Origin: an uncultured Muribaculaceae bacterium | Lineage (GTDB): Bacteria; Bacillota_I; Bacilli_A; RF39; UBA660 | Length of the DNA: 38,383 bases | Direction of reading: 5' to 3' | Assembly: GCA_964440405.1 (NCBI GenBank) | Contig: CAYTSB010000002.1 | Coordinates: 1-38,383 of the forward strand | Part shown: positions 17,088-26,451 of the stretch, piece by piece | How positions within the stretch are numbered: the first letter of the stretch is position 1 | Layout: every line of letters starts with the position of its first letter | The notes under the pieces: generated by a model | Told to the model about the DNA's origin: nothing | What the model saw: only the letters and a program-made list of their open reading frames with translations | The model's database searches: none | Made by a program: the position numbers and the translations under genes

Positions 17088-17252
17088 TTATTTCTTTTCT
17101 TTATGATTTGTGTGCTTACGACACTTCTTGCAATAACGACTTAATTCAATACGATCTGGTGTATTTTTTTTATTTTTACTTGTTACACGGCTTTCATTTT
17201 TACATTCATTACATAATAAGGTAACATACATTCTATTTTCATTTTTAGCCAT
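17088..17252 (-). CDS. rpmG: 50S ribosomal protein L33 (zinc-ribbon CxxC...CxxC form)
   Basis: Not in the ORF track (54 aa). My translation: [64 protein letters not shown] is 8 nt upstream. Confidence 0.85.
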   Translation of the reverse strand: MAKNENRMYVTLLCNECKNESRVTSKNKKNTPDRIELSRYCKKCRKHTNHKEKK

Positions 17253-17282
17253 AAAGAGTCCCTCCATTTCAAATACATTGTA

Positions 17283-17310
17283 ATTATACCAAATAATTAT
17301 TCATTTTCAA
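17283..17310 (-). promoter_or_regulatory. sigma-A promoter for rpmG(-efp)
   Basis: Minus strand TTGAAA - 16 nt - TATAAT with TGG extended -10. The -35 lies inside the end of the PBP gene. Confidence 0.5.
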
Positions 17311-19234
17311 ACAGAAATTGAACAATTTTATTAGTTAAATATTTATTAGCATAGGAAACATAGCTTTCATCATTACTAATATGAGGTGAAATTATCGTTA
17401 CTGAATACTTAGGATCATCATAAGGAACATATAGTGCCACACTGGTGGTGGTAGTTTCGCTATCAATTTTACCATCAAAGTCACTATCATAAAATGATTC
17501 ACTAGTACCAGTTTTACCAGCTACTTTATAGCCTTTGGCATGATTTTTTGATGTTCCATAACTAAATACTGCTTCAAACCCTTTTCTAATCCGATTAAGA
17601 CTTTCATTATCTAAGATTGATTCATTTAAAACCTTAACCCGAGAAATATAAACCACTTCATTATCGGGAGACACCACTTTGTTTAATAGCATTGGCGCCA
17701 TTCTCTTGCCACTAGCGATAGTATTAATATATTGAGTTAGTTCGATTGGCGTATAGGTATCATATTGACCAATGGCCAGATTTAACAGTAAGTCGGGAGC
17801 TATTTTGCTGCCAATTACTCCAATCTGCTCATTAGGAAGGTCAATCTCGGTTTTAGCTCCCAAACCATAAGAACTAAATACTTGACGATAATAATCAAAA
17901 TTATCAGCAGTTGTATTTAATTCCATATTAAAAGTATACTCTTTGCCAACATATTTTATGGCTGTTAAATACTGATAATAATTGCTGGAATATGCTAAAG
18001 CTGAAATATCATCGATGTAGCCTAAACTCTTATGAGAGCATTTCTTTGGTACCAAATATAATTTAACACAACTATCCATAATTTTTTTATTTATTGGAAT
18101 TAGATTATTTAAGTAATTAACACTACTGCTAGCTCCTTTAATAACTGAACCCAGGGTATAAGAAGCATTAATAATATTGTGAGTTATGTCAATAAAAGAC
18201 TTGCCGGTTAGTTTTAAAGCATTAACACTAATGATTCCTCCGGTATTAGGATTACTGATAATAACATAACTATGATCATAATACTTTGTGTTTTTTTCTT
18301 TCTTTATTTTCAGCATGACTTCTTCCAAAATTTTATTAACTTCACTTGTAATATTAATATCAATATTTAAAATTAAATCATTACCTTTAATCCCATTATT
18401 AACTAAACTTAGCGTATTGTCATTGTTAATAAAATAAATTGATTTTTCTCCTTTTAAATAATTATCATACTGAAGTTCTAAGCCACTAATTCCTACTCGA
18501 TCAGTTGCTTTATAATCAGTATCATGGTAATAATCAAGTAAATCTTTAGGAATCCCCACTTCTCTATTAGACACACTGCCTAAGATATTTCTCATTAAAG
18601 AACCATATAAATAAACTCTTTCCCAGCTGATACTGCCTTTTACTCCTGGAAGATTAGCCTCATTAATTTTAGCATATTCCTCCTCATTAACATTTTTATC
18701 TTTAATTATCTTAGTATCATAGCTGTAGCCTTTGTTCATTAAACTATAAATCAAAGCTTCAGTAGGATTAACATCAGCTAACATTTTTTCAGTAATTCTA
18801 TCTAATTTTAAATTGTAAAGATCTTCATTATTAAGTTTTCTTGCTTCATAGTTCTGATATTCGACACTAGTTATCAAGTCATCGCCATTATTATTAGTTA
18901 CAATAAAATAATTTTTTAATTCCTTAATAGTTGGCTTATTTTTTAAAGTGATAATTTCACTTATTTTTTTAGCTATTTCAATTTCTTCACTTCTAGTTAT
19001 AGTCTTTAATTTAGTATAAGTAATAGTTTTAACAGTTTTATTATCTACTAAAACATTATGATTAATATCTAGTATTCTTCCCCTGGGAGCATCACTAATT
19101 GAAATATATCTTTCGGTTTTAGCAGTTAACAATTCCTGGTATTTAGAACTATTAAAAAAAATAAGATTGACAAGTCTTCCTAAAATAATTAAAAACAATA
19201 ATAATATAAATATTTTAAATACTTTTATTTTCAT
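17297..19234 (-). CDS. class B penicillin-binding protein (PBP2 / SpoVD-type transpeptidase, no PASTA domains)
   Basis: N-terminal TM anchor. Transpeptidase motifs SVIK (in YTLGSVIKG), SSN (AYSSNYY) and KTGT (AGKTGTSE). Confidence 0.88.
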   Translation of the reverse strand: MKIKVFKIFILLLFLIILGRLVNLIFFNSSKYQELLTAKTERYISISDAPRGRILDINHNVLVDNKTVKTITYTKLKTITRSEEIEIAKKISEIITLKNKPTIKELKNYFIVTNNNGDDLITSVEYQNYEARKLNNEDLYNLKLDRITEKMLADVNPTEALIYSLMNKGYSYDTKIIKDKNVNEEEYAKINEANLPGVKGSISWERVYLYGSLMRNILGSVSNREVGIPKDLLDYYHDTDYKATDRVGISGLELQYDNYLKGEKSIYFINNDNTLSLVNNGIKGNDLILNIDINITSEVNKILEEVMLKIKKEKNTKYYDHSYVIISNPNTGGIISVNALKLTGKSFIDITHNIINASYTLGSVIKGASSSVNYLNNLIPINKKIMDSCVKLYLVPKKCSHKSLGYIDDISALAYSSNYYQYLTAIKYVGKEYTFNMELNTTADNFDYYRQVFSSYGLGAKTEIDLPNEQIGVIGSKIAPDLLLNLAIGQYDTYTPIELTQYINTIASGKRMAPMLLNKVVSPDNEVVYISRVKVLNESILDNESLNRIRKGFEAVFSYGTSKNHAKGYKVAGKTGTSESFYDSDFDGKIDSETTTTSVALYVPYDDPKYSVTIISPHISNDESYVSYANKYLTNKIVQFLFENE

Positions 19235-19277
19235 AATATTATTATTAACATTTACATATAAATTATTAAGGTGAAAA

Positions 19278-19535
19278 ATGAAATATCTAATTGAAAATTA
19301 TATTAAAAATTTAAGAATTGAAAATGTTAACGAATTTGCTATTCAAAATAATATTTATCTGGCTAGAAATGAACTAGAATTTGTCTATTCTTTTATTAAA
19401 GAAAATGGCATTGATGTTTTAAACCGCAAGAGTTTTGATTTATCTATTTATAAAGATCACTTCAGCGAAGAAAACTATCAAAAAATATCTATGTTACTAG
19501 ATATTTATTTAAGAAAGTATCAGGATTATTTATAA
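19278..19535 (+). CDS. YqfT-like small protein (DUF2624)
   Basis: 85 aa. Convergent with and adjacent to nfo, as yqfT is next to yqfS (nfo) in B. subtilis. Loose similarity from memory only. Confidence 0.45.
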   Translation: MKYLIENYIKNLRIENVNEFAIQNNIYLARNELEFVYSFIKENGIDVLNRKSFDLSIYKDHFSEENYQKISMLLDIYLRKYQDYL

Positions 19536-20404
19536 TAATCCATAATTTTTGCTTTTAATTCCGGATCAAAAATTTTATTTTTAATCATTGCTATTTCAAA
19601 TTTATATGGTGGATACTCTCCAACATAGGGTGTTTCTAATATTTTAGGAACATCTTTTAACTTTTCATGATAGATGACATTCATAATTGTATCAAAACCT
19701 AAAAATCCAAAACCAATATTTTCATGGCGATCCTTATGACTATTTGAAATATTCTTACTGTCATTGATATGGACTGCCATAATTTTATTAATTCCAATTA
19801 ATTTATCAAATAGTTCCAAATAATTATCAAAATTATTTAAATTATAACCGGCATCATTAATATGACAAGTATCAAGACAAACTCCTACCTTATCTTTTAA
19901 AATAATATTATCAAGGATTAATTTCATTTCTTCAACCGTTGATCCACATTCACTGCCTTTACCAGCCATTGTTTCTAAAATAATAGTTACTTTTGAATCC
20001 GGAGTTAAAATCATGTTAATTGCTTCGCTAATATTCATACAACCTTCTGTTTTGCTTATACCTATTGCATTTCCCGGATGAACAACTATTTTGAATACTC
20101 CTAAAGCTTCACACCTTTTTATTTCACTTTTTAAAAATGAAATACTGAATAAATATTTTTCAACATTAATTTTTGATGCTAAATTTAAAATATAAGGAGC
20201 ATGACAGATAACATTATTAATATCGATATTATACTCTTGCATTAACTCGTGAGCCTTTAAAGTATCTTCTTCATCTATTCTACTCCGATAAGTATTAGTT
20301 GGAGCTCCTGTATAAAACATAAATGTATTGGCATTATAACTTATTGCTTCTTTAACCGATGATAAAATACCGTTTTTAAAAGAAACATGACTACCTATTA
20401 TCAA
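19526..20404 (-). CDS. nfo: endonuclease IV
   Basis: IGSHVS N-terminus, with HAPY, VVHPG, LETMAGKG, CLDTCH and HINDSK metal-ligand motifs. TTG at 20404 behind GGTGA preferred over GTG at 20413. Confidence 0.9.
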   Translation of the reverse strand: MIIGSHVSFKNGILSSVKEAISYNANTFMFYTGAPTNTYRSRIDEEDTLKAHELMQEYNIDINNVICHAPYILNLASKINVEKYLFSISFLKSEIKRCEALGVFKIVVHPGNAIGISKTEGCMNISEAINMILTPDSKVTIILETMAGKGSECGSTVEEMKLILDNIILKDKVGVCLDTCHINDAGYNLNNFDNYLELFDKLIGINKIMAVHINDSKNISNSHKDRHENIGFGFLGFDTIMNVIYHEKLKDVPKILETPYVGEYPPYKFEIAMIKNKIFDPELKAKIMDYYK

Positions 20405-20426
20405 AACTATCACCGTTTAAATTATC

Positions 20427-20452
20427 TCAAAAAAATTGCTAAAAAGCAATTT
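20427..20452 (-). terminator. weak AT-rich intrinsic terminator after the frameshifted small gene
   Basis: Minus strand AAATTGC-TTTTTA-GCAATTT followed by TTTT. Confidence 0.35.
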
Positions 20453-20458
20453 TATATA

Positions 20459-20691
20459 TTATGTAGAAACAATCCATGGATCAGTTGAAGTTCCTGTCCC
20501 TGACGAAGCGGTTACATTAGATTCCAAAGAAACTACCGGGCGGATGCCTTGACCATAACTCGCAACAAAATATTTGAGATAATTAACACCACTTCCATCC
20601 AAATACCATAGGTTAAACCACCTAAAGTGATAATCGTTACAATAGTTATTATAATAATAATTATTTTCTTTTTATTATTCATAATGCCCAT
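20459..20691 (-). pseudogene. frameshifted small secreted/membrane protein gene
   Basis: Frame A (20533..20691): MGIMNNKKKIIIIIITIVTIITLGGLTYGIWMEVV...SAR*. A second frame stays open to 20459 with no start codon: ...WYLDGSGVNYLKYFVASYGQGIRPVVSLESNVTASSGTGTSTDPWIVST*. Confidence 0.35.
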
Positions 20692-20710
20692 CTACTTTTC
20701 TTATAGTTTA

Positions 20711-20739
20711 ATTATATCTTATTTAGCTCTTCTGAACAA
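20711..20739 (-). promoter_or_regulatory. sigma-A promoter of the frameshifted small gene
   Basis: Minus strand TTGTTC - 17 nt - TATAAT. Confidence 0.45.
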
Positions 20740-20760
20740 CCCTTAATTTTTTTAGACAGT

Positions 20761-20787
20761 ATAAAAGTATCCTGACGGATACTTTTA
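20761..20787 (-). terminator. intrinsic terminator after the ylbE-like gene
   Basis: Minus strand AAAAGTATCC-GTCA-GGATACTTTT. The stop codon lies within the 5' arm. Confidence 0.5.
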
Positions 20788-21009
20788 TTCATTGATGACT
20801 TTTAAAATACTATTTACTAAATCTATTTTTTCAACAGCATCATTAATTCGATCTGTTGTTTTTAATTTGTATTTTTCCTTCATATCATTAATAAATTTTT
20901 GATAATTTAAAGGACTTCTATTAAGCATTTTATAATAAACTGAGTTTTCATAAAGATACTGATGCATTTTTTTGTTTTTTTCTAATTCATTTATTGTTTC
21001 TAACTGCAT
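20785..21009 (-). CDS. YlbE-like small protein
   Basis: 74 aa. The pattern ...YLYENSVYYKMLNRSPLNYQKF... resembles B. subtilis YlbE (..WYRKLSRNPQ..) from memory. Directly follows the ylbD-like gene. Confidence 0.5.
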   Translation of the reverse strand: MQLETINELEKNKKMHQYLYENSVYYKMLNRSPLNYQKFINDMKEKYKLKTTDRINDAVEKIDLVNSILKVINE

Positions 21010-21378
21010 TTAATCCTCAAAAAATTTATTGATTGGTCTTAAGTTCTTAGGACCTTTACCAATCATTCCAGCCGCATTAGTTGAATTTTTAGTTCCTAAT
21101 TCTTGGAATAAGCCAATCGCTTTCTGAACAGTATTAACATGCTTTTGAACTGAACTCATGTTAATTTTTTTAACCACATCAGTAATACTGCTTAAGGAAG
21201 CTATTTTAGGTAAAGGGTTAGCTCGATCTTCGGTATACGCCTTCCATTTACTTTCGTCTTCACCATATAAATCATAGATTTCATAGTATTTTTGCCAAGT
21301 CATATTATTGTTTTTAACATTCGCTATTAATTCAGGATGTTTTGAGACAAATAATTTAAAATCATCTTTTTTAGACAT
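21010..21378 (-). CDS. YlbD-like putative spore coat protein
   Basis: FKLFVSKHPELIANVKNNNMTWQKYYEIYDLYGEDESKWKAY parallels the YlbD N-terminus (F..FV.KHP....V.....TWQ..YE.W.LLGE.D..W) from memory. Confidence 0.55.
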   Translation of the reverse strand: MSKKDDFKLFVSKHPELIANVKNNNMTWQKYYEIYDLYGEDESKWKAYTEDRANPLPKIASLSSITDVVKKINMSSVQKHVNTVQKAIGLFQELGTKNSTNAAGMIGKGPKNLRPINKFFED

Positions 21379-21418
21379 TAAAAATCACCTACTATATCAT
21401 ATGATATATCTAGGTGAT
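21379..21418 (-). terminator. long hairpin terminator after the pilin gene; its 3' arm contains the ylbD-like SD
   Basis: Minus strand ATCACCTA-G-ATATATCATATGATATA-GTAGGTGAT followed by TTTTT, then ATG. Confidence 0.55.
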
Positions 21419-21429
21419 AATTGTTATTA

Positions 21430-21930
21430 TTAACTTGGATTTGTAGTTCCACAGTCTGGTGATACATTAACATCTGTTGTAGTATCTAATGTTAGTCCAC
21501 CACTTGTTCCAGCAGTAATGGAATAAGTACCATTAGATACCCATATTTGATGAGCACTGCCTGCTGCATCTATTTTAATTGAACCACTATAAGCAGTTAA
21601 TTTTTTATCAACAAATTCACTAACAGTGTAATTCCACTTACCACCAGCAGTTTTACATGCATTAGCATTAGCTCCTGTTGCACCAACACATGATCCCGGA
21701 CTTGTTAATTTAAAGCAAGTCTGAGTGCTGCCATCTAATACTGCTTGAGCATAAGCAAGTTTTGCACCATTAATAAACGATTCTGCTTCAGTTGTAAATG
21801 TACTTTTCCTAGCATTATCCATCATTTTTAAAACACTTGGTACTGCAAGCAGAATTAATACGGCTAATATAACAATAACTGCTAGTAACTCAATTAGAGT
21901 AAACCCAGCCTTTCTTTTTATATCTTTCAT
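21430..21930 (-). CDS. prepilin-type (type IV pilin / pseudopilin) protein, orphan
   Basis: Class III signal MKDIKRKAG/FTLIELLAVIVILAVLILLAVP with Glu at +5. Four Cys in the Gly/Ala/Thr/Ser-rich globular part. SD AAAGGAGGA. Confidence 0.85.
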   Translation of the reverse strand: MKDIKRKAGFTLIELLAVIVILAVLILLAVPSVLKMMDNARKSTFTTEAESFINGAKLAYAQAVLDGSTQTCFKLTSPGSCVGATGANANACKTAGGKWNYTVSEFVDKKLTAYSGSIKIDAAGSAHQIWVSNGTYSITAGTSGGLTLDTTTDVNVSPDCGTTNPS

Positions 21931-21960
21931 ATAATTATATCCTCCTTTATTATTATCTTA

Positions 21961-21990
21961 ATAATATCACTTAATATCACTTAATGTCAA
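21961..21990 (-). promoter_or_regulatory. strong sigma-A promoter of the pilin gene
   Basis: Minus strand TTGACA - 18 nt - TATTAT with TGA extended -10. Begins 3 nt after the parC stop. Confidence 0.6.
21963..21982. repeat. two exact tandem copies of AATATCACTT (plus a degenerate third) filling the pilin promoter spacer
   Basis: Read directly: aatatcactt aatatcactt aatgtcaat. Confidence 0.7.
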
Positions 21991-21992
21991 TA

Positions 21993-24476
21993 TTATAATT
22001 TAAAATCATCAAAGAAGTCATCAAATGATAATTCTTTTATTTGTGGCTCAGCATTTTTCTTATTTTTTGATTCTTCTACTATGTTAATTTGCTCTATTTC
22101 AGCGATTTTATAAATACTATTAATATTTTTTTTAGAAATAATGCTGCCGGTGCTTGGTAAATCCATAATTGGAATCTCACTGTTTTTTAATTCCTCAATC
22201 GTTTCACCTTTCTTTAAACCAAACAAAGTTCTGCTATCACTAATAAAGGCATCTGTTACATTATAAATAACAGTTTTAACATTTTTAATTAAACGATATC
22301 CTTTTTTAGCGCGATTAAGTTCTACCAATTCAGTTAATTTTACTCTTTTAGCAGTTTTATTATTAGTAAAAACATTTAAGTATTCATCTGTATCATTAAA
22401 TGTTAAAGCCTTAATTAATTGATCTTCTTTTAAACTTATCCCTTTTACACCACTGGCTTTTAAACCAAGAGTTGGAATTTGTTGAATATTAAATAATAGA
22501 TAATATCCATTATAAGTAATAAACAAAGCTTTTTCTTTGGCATAACTGACACTAACTAGTTCATCTTGTTCCTTTAATTTAATAACTGTAAGTGATTTTT
22601 TTATTCTAGATTCATTGATAATTGAGGTATTAATTATTTTAGTTAAACCTTTCCTAGTAGCAAGCAATAATTCCTGGTCTTTTTCTAAAATAATACTATT
22701 AATTATTCTTTCCCCTTCACTAAGTGGGATAATATTACTAATATGTTTCCCTAAATCTTTCCATTTGGCTTCAATAATTAAATGGACTGGTAAATATAAA
22801 TAATTACCATAATTAGTAAAACAAACAATATTATCAAGAGTTGTTATATTAAATAAACTAGTGACAAAGTCTCCCTGTTTTAGTCCCGGTTCATCTTCTG
22901 AATTACTATAAGACTTTAAGTTGGTTCTTTTAATATATCCTTCATTAGTAATAACTACAATAACATTTTCTTTACTGATTAATTCCTTGGTATCAAGTTT
23001 AATTTCAGTTATTTCATCTTTAATAACCGTTTTTCTTTCGACGGCATATTCTTTTTTAATCTTTTTAAGTTCGTGTTTCATAACTTCTTTTAGTTTTTCA
23101 GGATCATCTAAAATGCTCTGCAAAGCATCAATAAACTTTCTTAATTGTTCTAATTTAGTTTCCAGTTCCGTAACATCAGTATTTGTTAATTTATATAACT
23201 GCAACATAACAATAGCTTCAGCCTGAATAATGGTAAAATCAAATTCTTTAACTAAATTTTCTTTGGCATCCATTTTATTTTTTGATGATCTAATAGTTTT
23301 AATAACTTCATCTAAAATAGATAAAGCTTTAATTAAACCTTCAACAATATGAAGTTCTTTTTGATATGCTTTTAAATCAAACTCCGTCCTTTTTAAAACA
23401 ACTTCTTTTAAATGACTATTATAAGCATCCAGAATTTGGATTATTCCTAGAGTCATTGGTCTACGATTAACAATAGCAACCATATTATAGTTATATGATA
23501 TCTGTAATTCAGTATTTTTAAGTAAATAATTAAGAATAGTCTCACTATTAGCATTAGGTTTTAAATCAATAGATATTCTTAAACCTTCTTTATCGGTTTC
23601 ATCTCTTACTTCGCTAATACCATCTATTTTCTTATCAATTCTAATTTCATCTATTTTTTTAACCAGGGATGCTTTATTAACATCAAAAGGAATCTCGGTA
23701 ATAATAATTTGATCTTTACCTTTACTCTTCTTAAATTCATATTTACTTTTAATAATAACTCGGCCTTTACCGGTAGTAAAGGCTTCAATTATTCCCTGTT
23801 TGCCTTCAACAATGCCTCCAGTTGGAAAATCTGGTCCTTTAACAATATCTAAAATAGTATCTAGATAGCAATTGGGAGAATCGATTTTTTTAATAGCCGC
23901 ATCAATTATTTCACCTAAATTATGAGGCGGAATATTAGTGGCATAGCCGGCACTGATTCCACTGGCTCCATTGACCAAAAGATTAGGAAATTTTGCTGGT
24001 AGAACTGTTGGCTCATATTCAGTATCATCATAATTAGGAGTCCATTCTATTGTGTTTTTATCAATATCTTTCAATAATTCTTCACTTATTTTGTTGAGTC
24101 TCGCTTCAGTATAACGCATTGCTGCAGCTGGATCACCATCCATTGAGCCATTATTACCCTGAATAAAGATATATGGTGTATTCTGTTTCCACCATTGACT
24201 CATTCTAATCATCGTATCATAAATTGATGATTCACCGTGAGGATGCAAAGTGCCCATAACATTACCAACTGTTTTAGCACTTTTTCTCGTTGGTTTATCA
24301 TAAGTATTTCTTTCCTTATACATTAAATATAAAACTCTTCTTTGAACTGGTTTTAAACCATCCCTGACATCAGGAATAGCACGGTCCTGAATAATTGTCT
24401 TGGCATATCTGCCAAAACGGTCACCAATAATCTCTTCTAAACTATAATCATGAATTCTTTTTAATACTTCCTGCAT
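21993..24476 (-). CDS. parC: DNA topoisomerase IV subunit A
   Basis: YSLEEIIGDRFGRYAKTIIQDRAIPDVRDGLKPVQRR is the Gram-positive ParC-type N-terminus. AAMRYTEARL active-site Tyr. No GyrA box seen in the C-terminal domain. Confidence 0.92.
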   Translation of the reverse strand: MQEVLKRIHDYSLEEIIGDRFGRYAKTIIQDRAIPDVRDGLKPVQRRVLYLMYKERNTYDKPTRKSAKTVGNVMGTLHPHGESSIYDTMIRMSQWWKQNTPYIFIQGNNGSMDGDPAAAMRYTEARLNKISEELLKDIDKNTIEWTPNYDDTEYEPTVLPAKFPNLLVNGASGISAGYATNIPPHNLGEIIDAAIKKIDSPNCYLDTILDIVKGPDFPTGGIVEGKQGIIEAFTTGKGRVIIKSKYEFKKSKGKDQIIITEIPFDVNKASLVKKIDEIRIDKKIDGISEVRDETDKEGLRISIDLKPNANSETILNYLLKNTELQISYNYNMVAIVNRRPMTLGIIQILDAYNSHLKEVVLKRTEFDLKAYQKELHIVEGLIKALSILDEVIKTIRSSKNKMDAKENLVKEFDFTIIQAEAIVMLQLYKLTNTDVTELETKLEQLRKFIDALQSILDDPEKLKEVMKHELKKIKKEYAVERKTVIKDEITEIKLDTKELISKENVIVVITNEGYIKRTNLKSYSNSEDEPGLKQGDFVTSLFNITTLDNIVCFTNYGNYLYLPVHLIIEAKWKDLGKHISNIIPLSEGERIINSIILEKDQELLLATRKGLTKIINTSIINESRIKKSLTVIKLKEQDELVSVSYAKEKALFITYNGYYLLFNIQQIPTLGLKASGVKGISLKEDQLIKALTFNDTDEYLNVFTNNKTAKRVKLTELVELNRAKKGYRLIKNVKTVIYNVTDAFISDSRTLFGLKKGETIEELKNSEIPIMDLPSTGSIISKKNINSIYKIAEIEQINIVEESKNKKNAEPQIKELSFDDFFDDFKL

Positions 24477-24484
24477 ATTCTCTC

Positions 24485-26398
24485 CTACTTTTCTAAAGTA
24501 AAGTTATCTTCCATCGTAAATACAACATTTTCATCAATCCATTCTTTACGAGGCTCAACTTTATCCCCCATTAAAACACTAACTCTTTTTTCTGCCAGAG
24601 CAGCATCACTAATTTTTATTTTTATTAGATTCCTAGTCTCCGGATTCATTGTTGTCTCCCATAGTTGTAAAGCACTCATCTCACCTAATCCCTTATATCT
24701 TGAAATATTGGGTTTTCCAGGATTGTTTCTAACTATTTCTGCCCATTCTTCTTCAGCCCAAGCATAGAAATGCTTCTTACCATAATCAAGTTTATATAAA
24801 GGTGGTAAAGCAATATAAAGTTTACCAGCTTCTATTAAAGGGCGCATAAAGCGATAAAAGAAAGTTAAAAGTAAAACTTGAATATGAGCCCCATCATCAT
24901 CAGCATCAGTCATAATAATAACTTTATCATAATTGGTATCTTCAACAATAAAGTTAGATCCAAAACCTGCTCCAATTGTATAAATTAAAGTGTTAATTTC
25001 TTCATTTTTTAAGGCTTCATCCATACTGGCTTTTTCGGTATTAATAACTTTACCTCGTAAAGGTAATATTGCTTGAAATTTACGATCCCGACCACTTTTA
25101 GCACTACCTCCGGCTGAATCCCCCTCGACTAAAAACAATTCATTTAATTTAGGATTTTTGGTTTGAGCCGGAGCAAGTTTACCAGAAAGATTTTTTTCAA
25201 TTTTAGATTTGTTTTTACCATTTCTGGCTTCTTCCCTAGCTTTTCTAGCTGCTTCCCTAGCCACTTTACTGCGTTCGGCTTTATCAATTATGATTAATGC
25301 CGCTTCTCGGTTTTCCTCTAAAAAGAATTTTAGTTTTTCATAAACAATACTCTCCGTAATACTTCTGGCTTCTGGAGTACCTAATTTGTTTTTAGTCTGA
25401 CCTTCAAATTGAAGTTTATTCTCTTTAATTTTAACACTAATGATAGCACTTAAACCTTCTCTGACATCATTTCCTTCAAAGGTAGCATCTTTCCCTTTAA
25501 GAATATTATTAGCTTTAACATAGTCATTAAATGCCTTAGTAAGGCCAGTTTTAAATCCTATCTCATGAGTTCCACCATCAATAGTTTTAACATTATTAAC
25601 AAATGATAAAATGTTTTCATTGTAAGAATCTGTATATTGAAAAGCAACATTAACTTCAATATCATTTTTAATATCACTAAAACTAACTGGTTTATGTAGT
25701 ACTTGCCTGCCATCATTAATATAACTGACAAATTCAACTAAACCTTTTTCATAATGATAAGTAACTTTTTTACCGTCTAAAGCATCTTCAATTATTGCCG
25801 TTAAACCATCAACCAAAAAAGCATTCTCCTGCATTCTCTCACAGATGGTTGTATAGCTGAAATTACAATTTTTAAATATTTCAAAGTCAGGCAAAAAAGT
25901 AACCGTCGTTCCAGTTTTATTAGATTTACCAATGGTATGTAATGGCTCTTTAACTTTACCGCCATCAACAAATTTAATATTAGATATCAAACCATCCTTA
26001 TAAATAGTTACATCCATGAACTTAGACAAAGCATTAACTACGCTAGCTCCAACTCCATGAAGTCCACCGGATACTTTGTAACCGACCTCTTCAAATTTCC
26101 CACCAGCGTGTAAAATAGTATAAACAACTTCAGGAGTACTTTTACCACTGGCATGTATTCCAATTGGCACTCCACGGCCATGATCCTCAATAGTTAGACT
26201 GTTATCTTTATTAATAATTACCTTTATTTCATTACCATAACCATTTATAACTTCATCAATAGCATTATCAATTATCTCCCATGCCAAATGATGCATTCCT
26301 CTTTTATCAGTTGAACCAACATACATACCGGGTCTTTTTCTTACTGCTTCCAAACCCTCTAATATTTTAATAGAACTTTCATCATACTTTGCTGCCAT
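24485..26398 (-). CDS. parE: DNA topoisomerase IV subunit B
   Basis: LEGLEAVRKRPGMYVGS, GGLHGVGASVVNALS, LVEGDSAGGSAK and IIMTDADDDGAHI. Immediately upstream of parC. Confidence 0.92.
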   Translation of the reverse strand: MAAKYDESSIKILEGLEAVRKRPGMYVGSTDKRGMHHLAWEIIDNAIDEVINGYGNEIKVIINKDNSLTIEDHGRGVPIGIHASGKSTPEVVYTILHAGGKFEEVGYKVSGGLHGVGASVVNALSKFMDVTIYKDGLISNIKFVDGGKVKEPLHTIGKSNKTGTTVTFLPDFEIFKNCNFSYTTICERMQENAFLVDGLTAIIEDALDGKKVTYHYEKGLVEFVSYINDGRQVLHKPVSFSDIKNDIEVNVAFQYTDSYNENILSFVNNVKTIDGGTHEIGFKTGLTKAFNDYVKANNILKGKDATFEGNDVREGLSAIISVKIKENKLQFEGQTKNKLGTPEARSITESIVYEKLKFFLEENREAALIIIDKAERSKVAREAARKAREEARNGKNKSKIEKNLSGKLAPAQTKNPKLNELFLVEGDSAGGSAKSGRDRKFQAILPLRGKVINTEKASMDEALKNEEINTLIYTIGAGFGSNFIVEDTNYDKVIIMTDADDDGAHIQVLLLTFFYRFMRPLIEAGKLYIALPPLYKLDYGKKHFYAWAEEEWAEIVRNNPGKPNISRYKGLGEMSALQLWETTMNPETRNLIKIKISDAALAEKRVSVLMGDKVEPRKEWIDENVVFTMEDNFTLEK

Positions 26399-26415
26399 CT
26401 ATAATCACCATAAAT

Positions 26416-26424
26416 ATTGTACCA
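26416..26424 (-). promoter_or_regulatory. extended -10 element (TGGTACAAT) for parE-parC
   Basis: Minus strand TGGTACAAT lies 17 nt upstream of the parE ATG (SD GGTGAT), directly after the terminator T-run. Confidence 0.35.
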
Positions 26425-26425
26425 C

Positions 26426-26451
26426 AAAAAAAAGGAACTTTAAAGTTCCTT
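26426..26451 (-). terminator. intrinsic terminator after the 232-aa gene
   Basis: Minus strand AAGGAAC-TTTAAA-GTTCCTT followed by TTTTTT. The TAA stop lies in the loop. Confidence 0.65.

Noticed and set aside
22615-23226. Plus-strand ORFs 22615..22803 and 22921..23226
   Set aside because: Both are antisense inside parC, and their translations are Ser/Leu/Ile-rich noise.
21993-26398. Possibility that the topoisomerase pair is gyrB-gyrA
   Set aside because: The A subunit starts with the ParC-type DRFGRYAKTIIQDRA motif, not the GyrA-type N-terminus, and I see no GyrA box in its C-terminal domain. The B-A order without dnaA/dnaN/recF context also fits parE-parC.
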